Origin: Cellvibrio sp.
Lineage (GTDB): Bacteria; Pseudomonadota; Gammaproteobacteria; Pseudomonadales; Cellvibrionaceae
Length of the DNA stretch: 64,000 nt
Assembly: GCF_046347455.1 (NCBI RefSeq)
Contig: NZ_JAXMGC010000001.1
Location: 509,241 to 573,240, forward strand
Direction: 5' to 3'
Shown one piece after another: positions 28,142 to 35,322 of this stretch. The notes beneath the pieces were generated by a model. That model did no database searches. It was not told the DNA's origin and worked only from the letters and a program-made list of their open reading frames with translations. The translations under genes were made by a program, and so were the position numbers. The stretch's first letter is position 1, and each line of letters begins with the position of its first letter.

Positions 28142-28615
28142 ATGTTGGAGCTTAAAGCGGTAAATAGTAGCTTTACACAAAGTGTGTCAATACAAGCACA
28201 AGTTATTAAGTATCTTTCACAACATCGTCAATTACATGCAAGAAGTTTGGAGGCTGGTGGGCAATTATTTGGAGTCGTAGATCCAGATTCAATTATTATT
28301 ACCTGTGCTACAGGTCCTTACTCAAAAGACGACCGCGGTCCACGTCACTATAGATCTGATGCGATGAGCGCTCAGTCTGAAATTAAGCAACAAGCAAAAT
28401 TTGGTAATGTGTATTTAGGTGAGTGGCATACCCATGCCGAAAAAGTACCTAGAGCTTCTGGGCACGATATTGATGCAATGAGACGATTAATGAAGAGTTC
28501 CAATCTCGCCACAAATGGTTTGTTGATGGTTATTTTAGGTCAGGGATTGGATAAGGGGGGAATAAGTGTTTACTCGTACATGGATGGAAAGCTTCTCCAT
28601 TGGGATATTGAGTAA
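28142..28615 (+). CDS. cap3: CBASS Cap3: JAB/JAMM isopeptidase
   Basis: Upstream Glu (LEAGGQLFG) and an exact JAMM motif H-x-H-x7-S-x2-D in WHTHAEKVPRASGHD. Confidence 0.85.
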   Translation: MLELKAVNSSFTQSVSIQAQVIKYLSQHRQLHARSLEAGGQLFGVVDPDSIIITCATGPYSKDDRGPRHYRSDAMSAQSEIKQQAKFGNVYLGEWHTHAEKVPRASGHDIDAMRRLMKSSNLATNGLLMVILGQGLDKGGISVYSYMDGKLLHWDIE

Positions 28616-28932
28616 TCATTGCGAAAGCTTGCATATGGCTAATTTAAAAGCTATTAGATAGCTAAGTAATCAAAATTATTTATGGCATATATCTAGTGCT
28701 TCAAAAATATTATAACACCACATGTTGTGCCCAAAGGATACTTCCAATATAGTGCCTATCAAAGCGGATACTTTAGTCAAAAATATTAATGAAAAAATAT
28801 TCAATGTATACGCTATATGATTTAGAGGCAGCTTTATTACTCACATTATATTGATTTATAAGGACATTTTATAATGTATACGGATTTGCGTTAGATATAA
28901 TGCCAGTAAAGTTCTTGCATAGCCCAGCAGCA
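28616..28932. repeat. ORF-free AT-rich island tail containing several short repeat families
   Basis: TCAAAAATATTA occurs twice (28701-28712, 28777-28788). GTGCC..AAAG(C)GGATACTT occurs twice (28727-28743, 28752-28773). AATGTATACG occurs twice (28803-28812, 28873-28882). Confidence 0.6.
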
Positions 28933-28942
28933 AGATGATAAA

Positions 28943-28971
28943 GGCGACTTTCGAGTCGCCTTTTTTATTTT
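28943..28971 (+). terminator. rho-independent terminator, probably the displaced nrdA terminator
   Basis: Stem GGCGACT, loop TTCG, stem AGTCGCC, followed by TTTTTTATTTT. Confidence 0.6.
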
Positions 28972-29090
28972 CGGAAGATCAAAGAATCAGGAGCGAAGCC
29001 TTTAAAATAAACGGCTTGTCCGATAAACCAACGAGCTGACGGCTTTTCAGGCGTCCACTGAAAATACCTTGGAAAAAACGAAAAATATCG

Positions 29091-29118
29091 TTGACGCCGC
29101 AAAACTCGTTGATATAAT
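29091..29118 (+). promoter_or_regulatory. sigma70-type promoter for tRNA-Leu
   Basis: TTGACG (29091-29096), a 16-nt spacer, and TATAAT (29113-29118), ending 15 nt upstream of the tRNA 5' end. Confidence 0.6.
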
Positions 29119-29133
29119 GCGCCCACTTTCTTT

Positions 29134-29220
29134 GCCAGTGTGGCGGAATTGGTAGACGCACCGGATTCAAAATCCGGCGCCCTTAAAAGCGTGTCGGTTC
29201 GAGTCCGACCACTGGTACCA
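29134..29220 (+). tRNA. tRNA-Leu (anticodon CAA)
   Basis: 87 nt. Acceptor GCCAGTG/CACTGGT with encoded CCA. Anticodon stem CCGGA/TCCGG with loop TTCAAAA. Long variable arm. T-arm GTTCGAGTC. Confidence 0.9.
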
Positions 29221-29257
29221 CATTAAACTGACAACTACCAATGTCGGTTAAACAAAA

Positions 29258-29287
29258 AAGCCGCTTAATTGCGGCTTTTTTGTTTTT
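29258..29287. terminator. bidirectional rho-independent terminator between tRNA-Leu and flhB
   Basis: Stem AAGCCGC, loop TTAATT, stem GCGGCTT. It is flanked by an A-run upstream and a T-run downstream. Confidence 0.7.
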
Positions 29288-29323
29288 GCCCTCTTTACTC
29301 CCACTCAGAGTTTTCCAAGTTCG

Positions 29324-30454
29324 CTAATCAAAATACATATCTTTTGGCACTGTGATGTTGCTTGGGTAACGTGGCTTTTGGCCGCGACCTTTGCGGTAGG
29401 TGCGCAACTGGAAGACGTAGGCGAGCACTTGGGCTACGGCTAAATAAAGGCCGGATGGAATTTCCTGATCTAATTCCGTTGTATGGAATATCGCGCGCGC
29501 CAACACGGGGGATTCGATAATCTCAACGCCTTTGGCTTTACCAATTTCGCGAATTTTAAGCGCGATATTATCGCCGCCCTTAGCCAGCAAAATCGGCGTT
29601 GCCATAGTTTCAGGATTATATTTGAGTGCAACTGCATAGTGCGTAGGGTTGGTAATAATGACATCTGCGCTGGGAACATTTGACATCATCCTGCGTTGCG
29701 CCATTTCACGCTGCAGCTGACGAATACGGCCTTTGACTTCTGGCTTACCATCTGTGTCTTTTGCTTCGTCCTTCACCTCCTGTTTAGACATTTTTAATTT
29801 TTTGTTGTATTCAAAAATCTGTAGCGGCACATCAAAGGCTGCAATAATTAATGTGCACGCGGACAATGCAATTAATGCGTAGCCGCTAATTTTTGTAGAG
29901 TGGATGATGGCGGAATTAATTGATTCATCGCTCATGCGAAACATGGGTTGCGCGTAAAACTTCAACAGAAAAACGGTTGCCCCCAAAATGATGCTGACCT
30001 TTGCAGTCGATTTGAGCAACTCAACAAGCGATTTCATCGAGAACATGCGCTTTAAGCCAGCCATAGGATCCATACGACTGAGTTTGGGCATCATGGCATC
30101 AGCACTGAATAACCACCCCCCCAGAGCGATTGGGCCGATAATGGACGCTAGTATCATAATGGCCATAAATGGGCCCATGCTGAGTAGTCCCTGAAACAAG
30201 GCCGACACAAAATGGCCAATCATGGCATTGGGATCAAAAATTGTTTCGCGCGACAGCACAAAATTCACGCGCATCATGTCTACAAATTTTCCGCCCATAA
30301 AATCGGCGTAGTAAAGCAAAGCTATAGAGCCTAATAGCAATACAACGGAAGTTGTAAGGTCACGCGAGCGAGGCACCTGCCCTTCTTCGCGCGCCTTCTC
30401 AATCTTTCGGCCACTGGCCTCTTCCGTCTTTTCCTGACTATCGTCTTCTGCCAT
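29324..30454 (-). CDS. flhB: flagellar export apparatus switch protein FlhB
   Basis: 376 aa with N-terminus MAEDDSQEKTEEASGRKIEKAREEGQVPRSRDL and the autocleavage motif NPTH. Confidence 0.95.
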   Translation of the reverse strand: MAEDDSQEKTEEASGRKIEKAREEGQVPRSRDLTTSVVLLLGSIALLYYADFMGGKFVDMMRVNFVLSRETIFDPNAMIGHFVSALFQGLLSMGPFMAIMILASIIGPIALGGWLFSADAMMPKLSRMDPMAGLKRMFSMKSLVELLKSTAKVSIILGATVFLLKFYAQPMFRMSDESINSAIIHSTKISGYALIALSACTLIIAAFDVPLQIFEYNKKLKMSKQEVKDEAKDTDGKPEVKGRIRQLQREMAQRRMMSNVPSADVIITNPTHYAVALKYNPETMATPILLAKGGDNIALKIREIGKAKGVEIIESPVLARAIFHTTELDQEIPSGLYLAVAQVLAYVFQLRTYRKGRGQKPRYPSNITVPKDMYFD

Positions 30455-31240
30455 TTAGCGTGCTCCCATCAAGGTATTAGCAGCAGCCAAACCTTCATCA
30501 ATAATTTGATAGAAAAGTGGCAAGAAATTTGACAGCGAATACCACATCAAAATAAAACCGAACATTAATGTGATAGGAAAACCTACGTTCAAAATGTTGA
30601 GTTGTGGCGCGGAACGCCCCATAACTCCGAAGGATAAATTAACGATCATCATGGAGGTAAATAGCGGCAAACTTATTAGGAGCGCCGCGGCGAACATCCA
30701 CGAAAACAAATGCACAATTAACAGGTAATCATCGGACGTAAGCCCGGGTCCACCGATAGGAAAAGTTGTAAAGCTATTAACGATCATATTAATAACAGCC
30801 AAATGACCGTTGATTGCTAAAAACAACAACGTGGACAACAGCAAATAAAACTGGGAAAGCACTGTCACACTCACACCGCTTGAAGGGTCGTTCTGCGCGG
30901 CAAATCCCAACCCCAGTTTTAATGCAATCAACTGACCGGCCAGTACGAATACGTGCATCACAATTTGTAATGAAAAACCTAACGCCAAGCCGATGATGAT
31001 TTCTTTCGCAACCATTAGCATTCCTTGCAGCGAAAAAAATGAAACAACCGGGGCATTGGGTAAGAGCGGAACGACAAGCAAAGCGGTAAACAAGGTTAAC
31101 AAGAGGCGAACACGAGCAGGAACTGTGCGAGCACCGATGATAGGAACCGCGAAATAAAACGCGCTAATACGAATTAGCGGCCATAAATATTGACCGATAA
31201 ATTGATTAATTTGCGCTTCACTAACAACGAGTTCTTGCAT
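30455..31240 (-). CDS. fliR: flagellar export apparatus protein FliR
   Basis: 261-aa polytopic membrane protein between fliQ and flhB, abutting the flhB start. Confidence 0.9.
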   Translation of the reverse strand: MQELVVSEAQINQFIGQYLWPLIRISAFYFAVPIIGARTVPARVRLLLTLFTALLVVPLLPNAPVVSFFSLQGMLMVAKEIIIGLALGFSLQIVMHVFVLAGQLIALKLGLGFAAQNDPSSGVSVTVLSQFYLLLSTLLFLAINGHLAVINMIVNSFTTFPIGGPGLTSDDYLLIVHLFSWMFAAALLISLPLFTSMMIVNLSFGVMGRSAPQLNILNVGFPITLMFGFILMWYSLSNFLPLFYQIIDEGLAAANTLMGAR

Positions 31241-31255
31241 GTTGTGATATCAACA

Positions 31256-31525
31256 TTAGCCGATGAGCGTGGGTATATTGGTATAAAGCCGCGTAAACAA
31301 ATCCATAAATTTGGTAATAATCCAAGGCCCCGCCATACCTATAGTCGCAATAGTCATTATCAACCGCGGGAGAAAACTGAGTGTTTGCTCGTTAATTTGC
31401 GTAGCCGCTTGAAACATGCTCACAATTAAACCGACAATCAGACTTGGGCCAACAATTACCAACACGAGCAAAACGGTGAGATATAAAGCCTCGGAAAATA
31501 AATCCATTGCAACTTCGGGTGTCAT
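31256..31525 (-). CDS. fliQ: flagellar export apparatus protein FliQ
   Basis: 89 aa from ATG 31525, which is preceded by GGAGG. Two TM helices. The longer ORF-track start overlaps fliP. Confidence 0.9.
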   Translation of the reverse strand: MTPEVAMDLFSEALYLTVLLVLVIVGPSLIVGLIVSMFQAATQINEQTLSFLPRLIMTIATIGMAGPWIITKFMDLFTRLYTNIPTLIG

Positions 31526-31535
31526 ATAACCTCCG

Positions 31536-32375
31536 TTAAACCCCGTAACTGGCGGCCAGTGTCCCAACAATCATTGCCCATCCATCAACCAACACAAACA
31601 GCATGATCTTAAACGGGAGTGAAATAATGAGTGGTGACAACATCATCATACCCATGGCCATAAGCACGCTGGAAACGACAATATCAATAACCAGAAATGG
31701 AATAAAAATAATAAACCCAATTTGAAAGGCAGTTTTTAGTTCACTGATAATAAATGCAGGAATTAAAATATTAAACGGTGTTTCCTGCGGTGTCGCAATG
31801 GGAGGATGCTTAGCAATTCCTACAAATAAATTAATATCCGACTCGCGGGTTTGCGCCAACATAAAGGAATGGAAAGGCGCAGCAACACGCTCTATTGCAA
31901 CATTGGCAGTAATCTGTTGGTTGATATAGGGTTGCAAACCGTCTTGATTAGCTTTGTTAAACACCGGCTGCATAATAAAAAATGTGAGGAACAAGGCCAA
32001 GCCGATTAAAATTTGGTTTGACGGCGATTGCTGTAAACCCAACGCCTGCCGCAAAATTGAAAACACAATAATGATGCGAGTGAATGAGGTGACCATCATC
32101 AGCAACGCAGGCAAAAAAGTTAGCATCGTCATGATGCCTAAAATTTGCAGCGTTACTGTGTATTCCTGAGTACCGTCTTTATTGGTTTTTACGGTAAGTG
32201 CGGGCAAGCCGGGAATTGCAGGTAGAGATCCACCAATATTCGCAACCGATGCAGGTGTAGCGGCGGGCTGATTAGTGTTTGCCTGCGCCCAGCTATTGGA
32301 GCTGATGAATACGAAAATTGTCAGTAGGAAAAATTGGGCAAAGCGCGAACAATTTCGCCATCCGTAAATAGACAT
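31536..32375 (-). CDS. fliP: flagellar export apparatus protein FliP
   Basis: Signal peptide plus a conserved FliP core ([32 protein letters not shown]). Confidence 0.95.
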   Translation of the reverse strand: MSIYGWRNCSRFAQFFLLTIFVFISSNSWAQANTNQPAATPASVANIGGSLPAIPGLPALTVKTNKDGTQEYTVTLQILGIMTMLTFLPALLMMVTSFTRIIIVFSILRQALGLQQSPSNQILIGLALFLTFFIMQPVFNKANQDGLQPYINQQITANVAIERVAAPFHSFMLAQTRESDINLFVGIAKHPPIATPQETPFNILIPAFIISELKTAFQIGFIIFIPFLVIDIVVSSVLMAMGMMMLSPLIISLPFKIMLFVLVDGWAMIVGTLAASYGV

Positions 32376-32384
32376 AATAATTCC

Positions 32385-32999
32385 TTACGAATTAGATGTT
32401 GTGTTCGGGCTTTCAGTTGCAGATGAAGCTCCCGAGGCCACATTTTTCTGCTGCAACACCGCCATTAGCTTTTGACTGAAATCAGATGTTGCAGGCTGAT
32501 TTTTTTCGGTTGACACCACAGGTTCATCAAAAACATGCAAGGTATTAATTTGCGTCGCGGTAACCCCCAAGAGTAGTTGCTTTCCACCAACATCTACCAG
32601 CATTAGACGCTCGCGCGTACCTAAAGGCATGGCTGACACAATTTTCATGGTGGGGTTATTTAAAAAACCACCTTGACTAAAGCGTTTTACAAACCACGAC
32701 AATCCATAAATTAAAATCAAAATAAGCGCCAAGCCGCCCGCCAAACTGGTGAGCTGCGATGCGCTAGTTGTTTTGGTTGATACGGCTGGCTTTAACGGCG
32801 CAGCAGATGAAACCGATGCAGGCTCTTGACCCGATTGTATTGCACTTACGGAACTGGCTGCTGAACTTGTTATTGCAGTTGCATTTTCGCTCGCAGTGGG
32901 TGAGGTAGCAGCGAATGAAAATGACGCGGAAAAAAGCAGACAACAAACACATAAAATACCGGCAGTGGATTTAAACAATGAGCCGGTAAAATTTTGCAT
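32385..32999 (-). CDS. fliO: flagellar protein FliO with a long Ser/Ala/Thr-rich insertion
   Basis: The C-terminal core LGTRERLMLVDVGGKQLLLGVT is FliO-like. It lies between fliN and fliP. Confidence 0.8.
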   Translation of the reverse strand: MQNFTGSLFKSTAGILCVCCLLFSASFSFAATSPTASENATAITSSAASSVSAIQSGQEPASVSSAAPLKPAVSTKTTSASQLTSLAGGLALILILIYGLSWFVKRFSQGGFLNNPTMKIVSAMPLGTRERLMLVDVGGKQLLLGVTATQINTLHVFDEPVVSTEKNQPATSDFSQKLMAVLQQKNVASGASSATESPNTTSNS

Positions 33000-33023
33000 A
33001 GAACCACCTTTATACGAATAGAA

Positions 33024-33425
33024 TTAGCGCAGCTTTTTAATACGTTCGGCCGGGCTTATTACATCGGTCATGCGAATACCGAATTTTTCGTTTACCACAA
33101 CCACTTCACCGTGGGCGATTAATGTACCGTTCACCAGCACATCCAAAGGCTCACCCGCCAAGCGATCTAATTCAATCACAGAGCCTTGGTTGAGTTGCAA
33201 TAGATTGCGAATCGTAATCGATGTGCGCCCCACTTCCATTGAAATAGTGACTGGAATATCCAGAATAACCTCCAATTCAGGATTGGGGTTCGCCTTGATA
33301 GTTTCGCTTTGTAATTCTTCAAACGAAATGGGATTTGCGAGAGCTTCATCAGCAATAGCTTGCTCAGCCATTGCGGCTGCCCAATCGTCCGCCATATCGT
33401 CTTGATTAACATCATCGCTTGCCAT
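33024..33425 (-). CDS. fliN: flagellar motor switch protein FliN
   Basis: SpoA domain (ILDIPVTISMEVGRTSITIRNLLQLNQGSVIELD). Overlaps the fliM stop. Confidence 0.95.
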   Translation of the reverse strand: MASDDVNQDDMADDWAAAMAEQAIADEALANPISFEELQSETIKANPNPELEVILDIPVTISMEVGRTSITIRNLLQLNQGSVIELDRLAGEPLDVLVNGTLIAHGEVVVVNEKFGIRMTDVISPAERIKKLR

Positions 33426-34422
33426 GATTAACTCCTGGGGTACCAGTTACATTTTGCGCATTAGAGCGGTCAATGAATTCTTTAATTTTTAAGGCTAAAT
33501 TGCCGCGATGCTGACCTAATTGCGTTCTGAACATGGGTACGCCATTTGCGGTCACCACATGAAAGTCAGGGAACTCAACAGGAATAACATCGCCAGCTTT
33601 TAAATCAACAATATCGCGCAAGGTAATTTCGCGGCGCACAACATCGCACTCCAATTCTACTTTTGCCGCGAGCACATCTTCACGCAAGGCTTTAACCCAA
33701 CGCTCGTCTTGCTCATCGGTATCTGATTGCAAGCCGGCATCCAAAACTTCACGAATGGGTTCAATCATGGAGTAAGGCATGGTGATATGTAACTCACCAC
33801 CACCGCCATCCAATTCAACGTGAAATGTACTGACCACAACCACTTCACTTGGACTAACAATGTTTGCCAATGACGGATTTACTTCGGAATGCACATATTC
33901 AAAGTTGATGGGCATTACCGCTTTCCAGGCTTCAGCCAAATCAACGAAGCCTTGGTTTAATACCATTTGTACTACGCGCAATTCAGTGGGCGTAAATTCG
34001 CGCCCTTCAATTTTTGCGTGGCGGCCATCACCACCAAAAAAATTATCCACCAATTTAAAAACAAGCTTTGCGTCTAAAATAATTAATGCAGTACCGCGCA
34101 AAGGCCGAAACTTCACCATATTTAAACTGGTGGGCACATATAGTGTGTGAACGTATTCGCCAAACTTTTGAATTTGAATACCGCCTACAGAAACATCGGC
34201 TGTACGACGCAACATATTGAACATGCTGATGCGAGTGTAACGCGCAAAACGCTCATTAATCATTTCGAGTGTGGGCATGCGCCCACGCACGATACGATCC
34301 TGGCTGGTGAGGTCATAGTTTTTAACCGCGCCGGGCTCTACCTCCGATTCGGTTTCTATGTCGCCGTCATCAACGCCGTGTAAGAGCGCGTCAATTTCGT
34401 CTTGCGATAAAAGATCTTGCAC
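33412..34422 (-). CDS. fliM: flagellar motor switch protein FliM
   Basis: N-terminal CheY-P binding motif LSQDEIDALL. 336 aa. Confidence 0.95.
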   Translation of the reverse strand: MQDLLSQDEIDALLHGVDDGDIETESEVEPGAVKNYDLTSQDRIVRGRMPTLEMINERFARYTRISMFNMLRRTADVSVGGIQIQKFGEYVHTLYVPTSLNMVKFRPLRGTALIILDAKLVFKLVDNFFGGDGRHAKIEGREFTPTELRVVQMVLNQGFVDLAEAWKAVMPINFEYVHSEVNPSLANIVSPSEVVVVSTFHVELDGGGGELHITMPYSMIEPIREVLDAGLQSDTDEQDERWVKALREDVLAAKVELECDVVRREITLRDIVDLKAGDVIPVEFPDFHVVTANGVPMFRTQLGQHRGNLALKIKEFIDRSNAQNVTGTPGVNHGKR

Positions 34423-34445
34423 GTCTCGCTATCCTTTGTTCACAA

Positions 34446-35063
34446 CTATTGCATTACGAACTGGGTAAATAAAACCTGTTCAATATTAGGTGGTGTTTTT
34501 TTCGCTTTGGATTTTTCGTCATCCTTTTCAGATTCTTTATCTTTCTCAGAGCCTGCCGCTTCTTCTTTAGCGATAATTTCTTGCACTGTTTTGAGTGCAG
34601 CTGCTCGCAATTTTTCCTTACCCTCTGCTGTTTGCAACTCGTCGAATACTTGGCTGCTCAATAACATAACCAATCCATTTCTTACGGCAGGCATATGGAG
34701 CTCAAGTGTTTTCAAAATTTCTGCGTCGCGATACATCAAAGTAATTTCTGTTTGTAAAAAGCGCTGCCGGCCATTTACATCGTAGTTCACAGTAAAATTA
34801 GGCTTCAACGGATAGTAAATTGCCGGTGCCACCACCTCAGCTGCTTCGCTGGATTCACTACTGGCCTCTTCCTCGCTCGCGTGTTTGGAACCCATCATTT
34901 TAGAGACAATAAAAAATGTCGCGCCAACAGAAACGAGCACCAGCAAGACTGCGATACCAATAAACATGAACAGCTTTTTCTTTTTTTGCTTGGCCTCTGC
35001 TGCGGCAGGATCAACCTGCTGATCTGCTTTGTCGTCTTTCTCTTCTTTTTTTCCAGCGGCCAT
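34446..35063 (-). CDS. fliL: flagellar basal-body-associated protein FliL (charged extensions at both ends)
   Basis: Single TM followed by a FliL core (YYPLKPNFTVNY...FLQTEITLM). Confidence 0.85.
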   Translation of the reverse strand: MAAGKKEEKDDKADQQVDPAAAEAKQKKKKLFMFIGIAVLLVLVSVGATFFIVSKMMGSKHASEEEASSESSEAAEVVAPAIYYPLKPNFTVNYDVNGRQRFLQTEITLMYRDAEILKTLELHMPAVRNGLVMLLSSQVFDELQTAEGKEKLRAAALKTVQEIIAKEEAAGSEKDKESEKDDEKSKAKKTPPNIEQVLFTQFVMQ

Positions 35064-35101
35064 GTCAAAACTCCGTCACTTTCTTTGGTTAATAGGGTTT
35101 G

Positions 35102-35117
35102 AGCAATAGCTATGCCA
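35102..35117 (-). promoter_or_regulatory. sigma54 promoter candidate for the fliL operon: TGGCAT-N5-TTGCT
   Basis: The minus strand reads TGGCATAGCTATTGCT (GG-N10-GC), 39 nt upstream of the fliL ATG. It is embedded in the palindrome at 35101-35127. Confidence 0.6.
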
Positions 35118-35322
35118 GCTATTGCTCACTAAAGAGTAGCAGCGGATTGTTTGATTGCTAGCGAAGCAGGTGGGGGATTTTCGCTTTCTTAAATGAAATT
35201 ACGAACGCTGGTTGCGATGCAGTCAAGCTGATCACTTATGCAGCGACACCTTCAGCTGAAACGAGCTGTGTGGCGTTAGTTTGCATGGGCAAGCCATTAA
35301 AAGCCTCACCCTATTTAAAAAA

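Larger units (their letters stand above)
1049..28938 (+). mobile_element. ~27.9-kb GInt-like (three-integrase) genomic island; boundaries approximate
   Basis: Three coupled tyrosine recombinases plus a small helical protein at the left end, mosaic accessory cargo, and an ORF-free AT-rich right tail. An AGATGA-core imperfect direct repeat occurs at 1047-1054 and 28927-28938. A terminator hairpin sits immediately outside the right repeat. Confidence 0.6.

Noticed and set aside
28979-29170. 63-aa minus-strand ORF overlapping the tRNA-Leu gene and its promoter.
   Set aside because: It overlaps a well-supported tRNA and a terminator hairpin, and has no RBS or recognisable motif.
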